Both the position numbers and the translations under genes were made by a program. The notes under the pieces were generated by a model. It was not told where the DNA came from. It saw only the letters and a program-made list of their open reading frames with translations, and ran no database searches. 64,000 nt of DNA from Tortispora ganteri (lineage: Eukaryota): NCBI GenBank assembly GCA_003707115.1, contig PPNB01000009.1, positions 248,001 to 312,000 on the forward strand. The letters are read 5' to 3'. Position 1 is the stretch's first letter, and the number at the start of each line of letters is the position of its first letter. This document shows, one piece after another, positions 21,655 through 31,701 of the stretch.

Positions 21655-23625
21655 TTAGTCCAAAGGAATGGTTATGCGCCTTATATACTCTGTTAATCTC
21701 CTTGGATCAAATATTGCACCATCGTAGAGATCACCTGAAGGAAGTACAGAGAGCAATGAGTACATAGCATCACTAAGTTCCGAACCAGGCAGAACAGCTG
21801 TAGCAGGTTTGGCTCGTTTAGCATAGTTGTCATCGTATGCTTCACTATATGCACGCTTTAAGGTACTGGCGATATCAGCAGTTTGCAGTTCTTGCGGAGG
21901 AATTTCGTCGGAACTTATGGGATTATAGTCAATGACTGCGTGCGCTTTCATTGAGAGATCGACCTCTTTGACATCATCGGGAAAGAGAGATGATATACGA
22001 GCTTGCAACGAGCTGATATTAGACAGAACAGAACCATATGTAGATTCATATTGAAAAAACTTAAAATACAGTGACTTCTTATCACCAGTGGGAATAGAGT
22101 CATTGTTAACAGTTCTCTCAAATAAAGCTCTGGCATTAATTGGATCGTTCGTAATAATTAGAAAATCAAAGTAGTGTTCCACGTACTTTATAACTTTTGA
22201 GAATTTCCTCATTCCCATCTCAAATACTTTCCCTGGCACCGGAGAGTCTTTGTCGTTATAGAACTCCATGTAAGCAGACTCCACAAAGATGTGGTATGTC
22301 GCATAAGGTAATTTACGAGCTTCAGTGAAAACTGACCGAGCAGTTTCAATTGAACTCATTCTTTTTTCTGCTCTCATAAAAATAGAGTATGCAGCAGTAA
22401 TCTCCAAGGGTAAATCAACAGGTCTAAGACAAGTCTCATTGCTATCTGGGTCATCATGTGCTTTCTTCAATGTATCGATATAAGAACGATACACAGATCT
22501 GGCGCCATCTATATTCGATTTCGCTTCTTGATATTCAGCTGATTTATAAGCCAGTAAAGAACTTGTGGGATTATATTTTCTGCCGAACGATAAAAACTTT
22601 TCTACATCAGTAGACAGTTCGTGCTCTTGGGCGTAGTTAGCTGCATTAAAGAATGCTTCGGGAGAAAAAAGTAAAGATTGTGTCATTTGCTTGTAAGCAT
22701 AAAGTACTCTAGACCTCAATGCTAGTTGATCGCTCATATTCAGAGGATTAGACAATTCATATTTAATCCATTTGTCCCAGTTTTGTTTCAAAGAGGCAAT
22801 AACGGCTCTACTTGTTGCAGAATCGGGTAAGATAGGGTATGAGTTCCTACCTGTAGCTGATATCAGTGACCTTAGATTACGGAGGCATGTCCTAGCATCC
22901 ATGTAAGCATTACTTTTGTCGCTAATGAATCTTCTTGCTGTAGCTTTATTTACATCTTCCTCGAATTTCGCGTAGTTCTTCCAGATATCTTCGATTTGAT
23001 CTACTGGAGTTTTTAGTACTTTAGAGTACACTTTTCTTTGAAGATCTATTTTCTGTTGAGCATCCCACGCAGTGTCCTCAGGCAAAGACTGTATGTATTC
23101 CAAATAATTATTCCATATAGGGGAGCTTTCGACATCTTTGCCAACCTGAGAAATGACAAAGTCGTAGGATTTAAGTATGATGGAGGAGTCATCATTAGTC
23201 TTCTTGATAAAATCAAGATATAAATGATACAAATGTACGTTCAGGACATTTGGAAGGCATTCTTGAAAAAGTATAGGCAGGTCTTTTAGGTTGTTTCCAT
23301 TTAGTTTATACTGGACGAACTGTATCCATATGTGAGGGCATGTAGGGTATTTTATGAGCAATTTTTTGTACTCTTCATCGTTAGGTTCTTTTTGCAGATG
23401 AGTTAGAGCTTGCTCTAAAGATTGCTGCTCAAGAGGTGTAACAGGTGGTGCAGCAGATTCGATTGGCGATTCTGGAGGTTCATGTGGTTCATATGGTTCA
23501 TATGGTTCATCAGGAGCTGTAGGCTCATAAGAATCTTCAGGGACAGTCGGCTCATATGAGTCGTTATTTATAGATGATTTTTCATCTTCAGAATCTTCGT
23601 ATTTCGGATCTTCAATATCTGACAT
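21655..23625 (-). CDS. RNA14: mRNA 3'-end processing factor Rna14/CstF-77 (HAT repeats)
   Basis: HAT repeats (HIWIQF, IWNNYLEY, IWKNYAKFEEDVNKATAR, ARSVFTEARK, KVFEMGMRKF, NARALFE). Likely start is MSDIED at 23625; an in-frame ATG also exists at 23709. Confidence 0.93.
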   Translation of the reverse strand: MSDIEDPKYEDSEDEKSSINNDSYEPTVPEDSYEPTAPDEPYEPYEPHEPPESPIESAAPPVTPLEQQSLEQALTHLQKEPNDEEYKKLLIKYPTCPHIWIQFVQYKLNGNNLKDLPILFQECLPNVLNVHLYHLYLDFIKKTNDDSSIILKSYDFVISQVGKDVESSPIWNNYLEYIQSLPEDTAWDAQQKIDLQRKVYSKVLKTPVDQIEDIWKNYAKFEEDVNKATARRFISDKSNAYMDARTCLRNLRSLISATGRNSYPILPDSATSRAVIASLKQNWDKWIKYELSNPLNMSDQLALRSRVLYAYKQMTQSLLFSPEAFFNAANYAQEHELSTDVEKFLSFGRKYNPTSSLLAYKSAEYQEAKSNIDGARSVYRSYIDTLKKAHDDPDSNETCLRPVDLPLEITAAYSIFMRAEKRMSSIETARSVFTEARKLPYATYHIFVESAYMEFYNDKDSPVPGKVFEMGMRKFSKVIKYVEHYFDFLIITNDPINARALFERTVNNDSIPTGDKKSLYFKFFQYESTYGSVLSNISSLQARISSLFPDDVKEVDLSMKAHAVIDYNPISSDEIPPQELQTADIASTLKRAYSEAYDDNYAKRAKPATAVLPGSELSDAMYSLLSVLPSGDLYDGAIFDPRRLTEYIRRITIPLD

Positions 23626-23766
23626 TAGTTGAATGTGACGTTGTCGATAGGGAAGGCTGTTGTTGAAATGTAAGTGCAAGTCAAAGTAGGGGAAAAAAAA
23701 CTTAACCATAACCTCTACATTGAATAGCTGCAACGGAGACCAAAAGAAAAATTACAAAAAGTAACC

Positions 23767-24429
23767 ATGAACAGACCAGAAAGTATTCAAAATATCCTTA
23801 AAACATTAGATATGTATAATAAGGAGAAAATTCCTGAACTAGAGCGCTACTGTTCTAATACAGATACGTACGATTTTACCGCTTTTACAGCTTTAATGAA
23901 GATTTATCAAATCAATCCTGAATTATTGAACATAGATATAGTCTCACTGCTTTTAATAAAAGCATTAGTATTTTTTAAAGAGTCTGATTTTATTCTATTG
24001 GCACATTTATTGCCACCTTATGTTTTGTTCGAAGAAAGCAACGACAAGCTCTCTGTATCTACCAAGAGTTTGTACAGTTCTTACAAGGCTTTGAACAATG
24101 CTGAATTTGCTAATTTTTGGAGAATTATCAAATCTAATGAAGCGATTAAGGCATTTGATTGTTTTGAGAGTAATGTACGTGTCGAAATATTAAAAGTCAT
24201 ACAACCTACGTGTCATTCACTGTCGAAAGATCTGCTGTTCGAATACTTGAACATCTCTACAATGGACGAGCTCAATGCTATCGATCCAAATGCAGAACTT
24301 GTTGAAGGTGATATTATTAAGTTCCATAATACTGTTGAACAAGAGCCCAAACTAGCTTCTCAGACCGAATCTGTTAAGTTCGAAGACTTTTCCAAGTTGT
24401 TCGCTCATGCCGCTGCAACTAACTGTTAA
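23767..24429 (+). CDS. EIF3K: Translation initiation factor eIF3 subunit K
   Basis: ILKTLDMYN...LERY...YDFTAFTALMKIYQINPE...LIKAL...DFILL...FANFW pattern of the eIF3k PCI-like domain. Confidence 0.85.
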   Translation: MNRPESIQNILKTLDMYNKEKIPELERYCSNTDTYDFTAFTALMKIYQINPELLNIDIVSLLLIKALVFFKESDFILLAHLLPPYVLFEESNDKLSVSTKSLYSSYKALNNAEFANFWRIIKSNEAIKAFDCFESNVRVEILKVIQPTCHSLSKDLLFEYLNISTMDELNAIDPNAELVEGDIIKFHNTVEQEPKLASQTESVKFEDFSKLFAHAAATNC

Positions 24430-24722
24430 GTCACTAAGTGCCAATCTTCACTCCATTATTGAATTTAAAATACTCGCTTTCCTTTTACTGTGGCAATTTC
24501 ATATATTTGATTTGCTTGTACTGTTATTCTTGAAGATTTATTGTTTAAATGCGGCAATTAGCTGTTTTAAGGCCTCTTCGAGTAACAGTTTTCGTGCCAA
24601 GGTACTCAACACTGTCATTGTTTGAACCTAACTTTATCGATTAGTTAACACCCCCCGCTATCTCCTTCACTCTATCTTTTTTTCACTTCTCTCCGTCATT
24701 ATTCGCGATCTAATATACTAGT

Positions 24723-25622
24723 ATGGCTAATATATTTATTACTCCGCACTGCAATTTAAGTGAGAGTCCTATTTATGATCATAGAAATAACTCATTCGCA
24801 TGGGTAGATATACCTGGACTAAGAGTCTATTACATGCCCAATATAGATGACCCTTCTATGTATTTGACCCATAATTTAAAGGAGAAAATCGGTGTTTTAA
24901 AGCTCACCAATAAACCTGGTGTTTATATGTCAGGCGCTAAAAGGGGAATTGCAATGATTGACTTGACGGCTGCCAATCCTGAACTGCAGTACCTAAAGTA
25001 TTTCTATGATGATCAAGTGATGGAGAAGAAAATGAGAGCAAACGATGGAAACATCGATTGCAGAGGCAGATTCCTAGTTGGAACTATGAATGAAGATAAT
25101 GAGAATTCTCCAGATGGTTCATTATTTAGTTATGATTATTCTAAGGACAAGCTAACAGTACTTGCCAATGGTTATTACATACCGAACGGTATAGTATGGA
25201 ATGCAACGTCTGACGCTATGTACCAGATAGACTCCATAATCAGGACTATTTACAAATTTGATTATGATATAGACACAGGGGATGCTCTGAATAGACGGAA
25301 GTTTGTTGTGTTTCCTGAGGACGGTTCTGTGCCTGATGGTATGACAATCGACTCCAATGAGAATTTATGGGTTGCCAAGTTCAATGGAGGCTTAGTTCAA
25401 CAGATTGATTTAAAAGGAAATTTTCTCAGATCAATAAGTATAGGTCCTCCCAAGATTACTTGTGTGACATTCGCAAGCAAAGATTATAATAAATTAATTG
25501 TTACTACTGCAAAGACACAAGATGGATCAAAAGATAATGGAGGAGAACTGTTCATAATCGACATGACTGAATCAAGAGGGTACACTCAAAATGTCATTCA
25601 GGTCTGTTCATTGGTTCATTAA
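24723..25622 (+). CDS. SMP-30/gluconolactonase/regucalcin family beta-propeller
   Basis: LSESPIYD...WVDI, RANDGNIDCRGRFLVGTM, IPNGIVW, PDGMTIDS and ITCVTF. Confidence 0.92.
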   Translation: MANIFITPHCNLSESPIYDHRNNSFAWVDIPGLRVYYMPNIDDPSMYLTHNLKEKIGVLKLTNKPGVYMSGAKRGIAMIDLTAANPELQYLKYFYDDQVMEKKMRANDGNIDCRGRFLVGTMNEDNENSPDGSLFSYDYSKDKLTVLANGYYIPNGIVWNATSDAMYQIDSIIRTIYKFDYDIDTGDALNRRKFVVFPEDGSVPDGMTIDSNENLWVAKFNGGLVQQIDLKGNFLRSISIGPPKITCVTFASKDYNKLIVTTAKTQDGSKDNGGELFIIDMTESRGYTQNVIQVCSLVH

Positions 25623-26033
25623 ACTAAGTAATAATTGTGAAAATTCTTCTACCTCTTCATTCGCAATATCACCTCCTATCCTAAGTCTTTGAAAATAGTT
25701 CACAGCCAGTTCTTTTCTCTGTTCATATGATTTCTCTTTAGTCAATCTATCATCATCTATGATATTCAAAATCATACTCAAATGGTACTGTAAGCTTTTT
25801 GACTTTAATTTGGATCTTACAATCTCATTTGTTAGTAAGTACTCATATTTCTCGTTTGTAATGTTTATGGGTTTGTTGCTGGTTTTGGGTGGTTCTTCGA
25901 TTGGTACTTTTGGTAACTGTTTGTGATTCATTTCATGATCCTTAAAGCATTTCACAGAACAATATTTAACAAAGCATTTTGGACATTTATATTTGCTGAT
26001 TTCATTATTACAAATTTCGCATTTTATAGACAT
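25608..26033 (-). CDS. HIT1: Zinc-finger HIT protein (box C/D snoRNP assembly, Hit1/ZNHIT3)
   Basis: CEIC...KYKCPKC..KYCSVKCFKDH and C-terminal LRIGG..NEEVEEF. Confidence 0.88.
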   Translation of the reverse strand: MSIKCEICNNEISKYKCPKCFVKYCSVKCFKDHEMNHKQLPKVPIEEPPKTSNKPINITNEKYEYLLTNEIVRSKLKSKSLQYHLSMILNIIDDDRLTKEKSYEQRKELAVNYFQRLRIGGDIANEEVEEFSQLLLSLMNQ

Positions 26034-26170
26034 TAAACCAAGTCAATTAATAAAAAGAGAAAGATTAAGGAAGAGTTCCAGTTTGGCATGTCTAAATATG
26101 ATTTTATCCTCCCATCTTCTTTATACACAATGACTTTCACTCAGGCACACTAAACGTACCATTTGACTAT

Positions 26171-26578
26171 ATGTCTCAGGAACGGAATTTAATTCCAACT
26201 AACATTTCTTATAATGAGCCTGAAACTGCTAAAATACCATCTGATAAATATAGCCTGATTGTATTTAAAGGTGAACAAATAATAAACCAATTCAATTTAG
26301 AAGGAAAGTCTTCTTACAGGCTGGGAAGGGATTCAAGTACTTCTGATATCATTATTGCACACCCATCCTGTTCAAAGAATCATGCTGTAATACAATTCAA
26401 GTCTTCACCTGATGATCCTTCAAAAGTTTTACCTTACTTAATAGATCTTAATTCTGCGAATGGAACAAAAATAAATTTCTCTCCAATACCGCAAGCTCAT
26501 TTCATTCAATTAAAATCGCACGACGTTCTGAATTTCGCTTATTCCAAACGCGATTACGTGTTTCAGAAAGAAAACTGA
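26171..26578 (+). CDS. PML1: FHA-domain protein, Pml1/SNIP1 (RES complex), minimal form
   Basis: YNEPETAKIP, YRLGRD, HPSCSKNHAVIQF, PYLIDLNSANGT and DVLNFAYSKRDY. Confidence 0.85.
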   Translation: MSQERNLIPTNISYNEPETAKIPSDKYSLIVFKGEQIINQFNLEGKSSYRLGRDSSTSDIIIAHPSCSKNHAVIQFKSSPDDPSKVLPYLIDLNSANGTKINFSPIPQAHFIQLKSHDVLNFAYSKRDYVFQKEN

Positions 26579-27022
26579 TTTGTTTCTATATGGCTCATTA
26601 AATAACTCATACACCTTCTTTTCCCCCCAGTTACGCCGCGTATAACACATGTTCTATCAATCACAATCCATGTTGACCCCTATAAGAATCATTTTCATTG
26701 ATGCGGCCCAACTTGCATTAGATTTTGGCCCTATTACCCCTATAGACAGAAAATACTACAGAATTGGTGTTACCATCACCAGCCTCTAAATAACAGGAAC
26801 ACCATCACTTGATTTTTTTACTTCTCTTTCATCACTCGTTAACGTCAATTAGCCAACCGCTTTTTAAGTTTTTCCTTTCGTCAAAGTTTTTGAGAGCTTA
26901 TCCATCCAATCTTATCACGTTTTCCTTATATTCCTTTTCAAATCTCTCTTGCGCACCTCCTTTTCGCCGACTAATTTGGCCTCTTTATCTTTACTGTTTA
27001 TCCTTGGTATTCTTCACAAAAT

Positions 27023-28633
27023 ATGGGCTCTTTGAAATCAACAGTATCGAATGAAGCAGCTCGAAGAAACAGCTCACTTCGTTTTTCCAAGTCGGAGATT
27101 ACTACTCCCGCCCAGGCTAAGGAGAATGCTTTAAAACTGGCCGAAATGGGCTACAAGCCAGAGCTCCAAAGGTCGTTTTCTTTATGGTCGCTGTTGGCTA
27201 TTGGATTTGGTTTGACTAACTCTTGGTTTGGTATTTCTGCTTCTCTGGTCACTGGTATTTCTTCTGGGGGTCCAATGTGTATAGTTTATGGTATCATAAT
27301 AATCGCTATCGTCTCAACATGTGTGGGAATAACTTTATCAGAACTTGCATCAGCTTATCCTAATGCCGGAGGACAATACTTTTGGACTTCAGAACTTGCC
27401 CCGAGAAAATATTCTGCCTTCTTATCTTATGCCTGTGGCGCTATAGCATGGGCTGGATCGGTTTTCACTACTGCCTCTGTTGCAATGGCAATTGCTACTG
27501 GTTTGGTCGGCATGTATATTCTAAATTCAGGGGGAGAGGATTTTACTGCTCAGCCTTGGATGATTTTTGTAACTTATCAATTGGTGAATATTGTGTCTTT
27601 CTGGTTCAATATCTACGGTCCTTTACTTCATCATTTAGGCAAAGCTGCTCTCTTCATCTCTTTAATATCTTTCGCAACAATTACTATCACCGTCCTTGCC
27701 TGCTCCTCTCCTAATTATCAGTCTGAGAAATTTGTGTTTGCTACATTCACAAACGCAACTGGATGGAAAAATGGTGGTATCGCCTTTATTGTCGGTCTGA
27801 TTAACCCGAACTGGTCTTTCTCTTGCCTTGATTCAGCAACACACCTTGCTGAAGAAACTTCGAGGCCCGAACGAGATATACCTTTCGCTATTATGGGAAC
27901 AGTAGCCATCGGTTTTTTCACGTCATTTCCATACGTAATTGCCATGTTCTTCTCAATGACTAATCTTGAAGAACTGCAATCTTCCAGCACTGGCTTTCCT
28001 ATTATGGATATTTTTTATCAATCGCTAGGAAACAAAGGTGGTGCCATTTTTTTGGCTTCTCTGATCATTCTGACAGCGTTTGGGTGTCAGTTTGCCTGTC
28101 AGACTTGGCAAGCTCGTCTTTGCTGGTCATTTGCTCGCGACAGAGGTCTTCCTGGCTCTAAATATTGGAGTAAAATTCATCCAAAATTAGAAGTTCCACT
28201 CAATGCTCATATTATGAGCTCTTTTTGGATTGCAGTTATAGGATGTCTTTATTTAGCCTCTGCTACTGCCTACAATTCTTTGGTTACTGCTTGTATTGTC
28301 ATGCTGCTCTGGTCGTACTTTATACCCACGGTATGTTTGCTGATACGTGGAAGAGATAAAATTGTGCATGGGCCATTTTGGCTAGGTAAATGGGGCCTTT
28401 TAGCTAACATTGTTCTTATATGTTGGACTATTTTCGCTACTGTATTTTTTGATTTCCCATTTGAAATGCCTGTTGAGCCAGGAAACATGAACTATGTTTG
28501 TGTTGTATTGGGTATAACTGTCCTCTATATTGTTATTTATTGGTTTGTACGGGGGAAGCGCACATTCCGCTCTATTGATGATCGAATGCAGGATAAATTG
28601 CATATCCTCGAAGAGATTGAGTCTTTCAGTTAA
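27023..28633 (+). CDS. HNM1: Choline/ethanolamine transporter (APC family)
   Basis: About 12 hydrophobic segments, GFGLTNSWFGISASL, AYPNAGGQY, GLINPNWSFSCLDSATHLAEE and TWQARLCWSFARD. Confidence 0.92.
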   Translation: MGSLKSTVSNEAARRNSSLRFSKSEITTPAQAKENALKLAEMGYKPELQRSFSLWSLLAIGFGLTNSWFGISASLVTGISSGGPMCIVYGIIIIAIVSTCVGITLSELASAYPNAGGQYFWTSELAPRKYSAFLSYACGAIAWAGSVFTTASVAMAIATGLVGMYILNSGGEDFTAQPWMIFVTYQLVNIVSFWFNIYGPLLHHLGKAALFISLISFATITITVLACSSPNYQSEKFVFATFTNATGWKNGGIAFIVGLINPNWSFSCLDSATHLAEETSRPERDIPFAIMGTVAIGFFTSFPYVIAMFFSMTNLEELQSSSTGFPIMDIFYQSLGNKGGAIFLASLIILTAFGCQFACQTWQARLCWSFARDRGLPGSKYWSKIHPKLEVPLNAHIMSSFWIAVIGCLYLASATAYNSLVTACIVMLLWSYFIPTVCLLIRGRDKIVHGPFWLGKWGLLANIVLICWTIFATVFFDFPFEMPVEPGNMNYVCVVLGITVLYIVIYWFVRGKRTFRSIDDRMQDKLHILEEIESFS

Positions 28634-28652
28634 TATATTGACATGAAATATT

Positions 28653-30400
28653 TTACAGTTTATAAAGTGCATCTAGGAAGCCAATCACTAATCGTTTAGT
28701 GAGAGATCCGGTTTGAATACTTCCATTAACGCCGTATAACGCAGAAGTATCGCCTTTTGCAGCACCAGCACCTTCTTTTGTCAGTTCGCTACAAATGCTT
28801 TCAAGGTCCTTGAGAAGTGCTTTCACTGCATGTAGGTCAGTATTCCCTGTACATGCATAATGTATCGCAGCAGGTGATTGAAGGGCACTTAAATGCCAGC
28901 CCTTTTTAGACATGCGATCACTTAGACTGTAGATGTCAATGGAGTCTGAAGTGAAACTAACCACCGAGCCCAGAGGATCTCCAATCACTCTAAGTTCAGG
29001 GATGTTATTGATACCTTCTTTCAACTTAGAGGAGCACTTAACAATCTCCTTGGCTTGCTTCAAGTAGCCGTTTTTGCCAACACGTACCATGGTAGCCCAG
29101 CAGCCAACCATTAAAGCCCCGGGGCGAGATCCTGCAAGAGTAGGAGAGCCATAAATGCCGCCACACCAGCCCAATGTGATAAAGTATTGATATTCTCTCA
29201 GTTTCCTGTCTCTGTACATAATTATAGAGCTGCCCTTTGGAGCCATTCCATATTTGTGGGTATCACAAGATATGGAAGTCACTCCTGGAAGACGAAAGTC
29301 AAACAAAGGGAAGTTATCTCCATATATTTGAGGCATGAATGGTATTACAAACGAACCCAGGCATGCATCGACATGCAAAGGCACGTTATAACGTACCGCT
29401 ATTTCAGATAAGGCTTCGATGTCGTCGATTACACCATGAGGAAAGTTTGGGGCAGATCCGACGATAAGAACAGTGTCAGAATTAATCATGCGCTTTACTG
29501 CGCTGATAATGACTTTGCCTGTGTGAGAGTCGATTGGTGCCTGTCTCAAACGGATGTTGAAATAAAAAGCGGCTTTGTTAAATGCTGCATGGGCTGTAAC
29601 AGGGACAATCATTTCAGGATTTGTTATGCCTCTTTCAGTGCGAGCCTTTTCTCTAGCTGCTAAACAAGCGAGAAGAAGAGATTCGGTACCTCCGGAGGTG
29701 GAGGTTCCGACGCCTGATTCAGGAGCGTTGAAGAGGGAGAGAGTCATTGCGACAACCTCAGCTTCCATTTTTCTTACAGCTGGAAATACGTCAGGATGCA
29801 ATTGATTAGCGGCAATGAATTTTCCAAATGCTTCTGCTTGTAGATCCCATAAAGCAGTATTGCCGTGATATACGGCACCCGATACTTTGCCATTTTCCCA
29901 GTCTGAATGCTTGAGTTTTAAGAGACTATCAAATTGAGCTTCAATGACTTCTTTTTTCCAACCTCTATCTGGTAGATTCTTAATACTATCCAAATCGGCA
30001 GATTCTCCTACTACAGCCTTTTGAACTGCTGCCAAAGTGGGATCTAGTTCCTTTTGGACCTTTGAACGCAAGGGGGGAAGTTCGAGCGCGCGCTCAAAGA
30101 ACTTGGAGCAAATGACACGGGAATAGTATGCAATCGCACCAAAAGGACCATAACATACAATTTCACGAAATATCAATGCTAGAATTAAATAGGAAAAATA
30201 TAAGAATGCAGCATCACGAAGCCTTAATGGAATGTTAGTAACAGTGTGGATGAATTAGGTCACGGGAATCTCGGGTCGAATTCAATTGTTGATACTTACA
30301 TTCCAATTACAGATGACTGATGATATTCATCTATACATTTCTTTATAAATGGAGCATTATCTTGAAAGAATGCGCTAAAGCTTTTAAAATAGCCATCCAT
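28653..30400 (-). CDS. DPL1: Sphingosine-1-phosphate lyase; join(30300..30400, 28653..30222), 556 aa
   Basis: GKVSGAVYHG, NQLHPDVFP, TSGGTES, HVDACLG and PLP lysine motif SCDTHKYG. The spliced frame (1671 nt) restores an ATG start, MDGYFK..., and the N-terminal TM segment. Confidence 0.94.
30223..30299 (-). other. Spliceosomal intron in DPL1 (77 nt; GTAAGT...TACTAAC-8 nt-AAG)
   Basis: Perfect 5' splice site, branch point at 30234-30240. Only the AAG acceptor keeps the frame. Confidence 0.88.
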
Positions 30401-31254
30401 GCTTAATCCAGGATGCAGCCCAGTTATGGTGGTTAAAGCTAAAATTGATTAGACCAAAGCTGCCTTGAACTTAGAAGCTATAATGCGCACTAAATTTAGC
30501 TGCTAAAAATTACTTGACTGATAGCTTAAGAATAAGTTATAACAATACTATAATAGTAAGCAATATATAAATAAAAACAGAAAAATTAAACATTATTTTG
30601 ATGTTTATTGCGCATCCTCAAAAATTGGCATCAGCTATGATCGCTACCTTCGAAGATCACATTCTTTGTTTCCGGTCTTGGCATTCTCTAGTAATCATAA
30701 CAGGTTGATAAACATTGCCATAAACAGAATGTTTCATTATTAATCTCATAGATTATTATGCGGAACACTTTAATATGTACCTAATGACACCGATAACGAG
30801 CATCCTAGATCTATATCCTGGCGCATTCTGTATCCATATCCGTGGCGCCTCATGTTAAGTTTCGTAGACTTCGAAAACCTTAACCGAGATATGCGAATTA
30901 ATACTCAGGCGGTTATACTTGCACCAGCCCAGAAATAATAATCAACAATTATATTTAGGCTTCTCTAATGATAACTCATCGAATTAAGTATAATTCTATG
31001 GGTAGAAGCGTTGCAGCTGCACAGTTTAATATATAATCGCTATAGCTCACTCTGTGAAGAGCAAGATACGTACAAGCTTCTGGTCATACAATTTTACTAC
31101 GTTGCTATAGCAATATCAACATATTAATGAACTCTTTCATTCAGAAAAATCGAACATTCGTTTCGTAAACTGACCAGAAACTGAACGGATATCAAAATTG
31201 TTATTTGATTTAAAGCTAGGAGGCTAAGGTTTTGTTTTTTGTAAATTGTACAAG

Positions 31255-31701
31255 ATGTCTGCAAGCATGTTTAAAGGCCTTCCTACTACTAGGAATGGCA
31301 GACAATTAGCCAGGTTGAATGCACTGGTTAGCGGCCCCGGAGCCTTAAAGACCCCCGATAACTTGCGGGCAGTGAAATTGACGTTTAAGCTAGATAATAA
31401 ATATGGACATATGGGTGCTCGGAAGTTCTGGAGAATTCATGCACCTGTTATTCAATATCATAATCCGAACTTACAAATACTAGTGACAAGGATAGAGACT
31501 AAAACTGATGAAGAAGCAATGAAAGTTCCTGCGAAAATGGTATTAGAATATGATGAAAGCAGTGGCATTAAACCTGTTGAAATTGATATCAAAAGTAAAA
31601 TGTCAGACGAAATTCTTGACTTATTTAAAACTGCCACAAAAGCGACTGAAGTTCCAATAGAGAACATCCCGGTGTTTTCGACACACAAAAATCAAAGGTG
31701 A
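31255..31701 (+). CDS. MRP49: Mitochondrial ribosomal protein mL61 (Mrp49; L51/S25/CI-B8 domain)
   Basis: GPGA...GHMGARKFWR...IQYHNP motif. First ATG is at 31255. Confidence 0.85.
   Translation: MSASMFKGLPTTRNGRQLARLNALVSGPGALKTPDNLRAVKLTFKLDNKYGHMGARKFWRIHAPVIQYHNPNLQILVTRIETKTDEEAMKVPAKMVLEYDESSGIKPVEIDIKSKMSDEILDLFKTATKATEVPIENIPVFSTHKNQR

Noticed and set aside
19357..25622. Horizontal transfer of the Rossmann-fold reductase or the SMP-30 lactonase
   Set aside because: Both families are common in fungi, composition matches the neighbours, and there are no mobility signatures. A phylogeny would be needed to say more.
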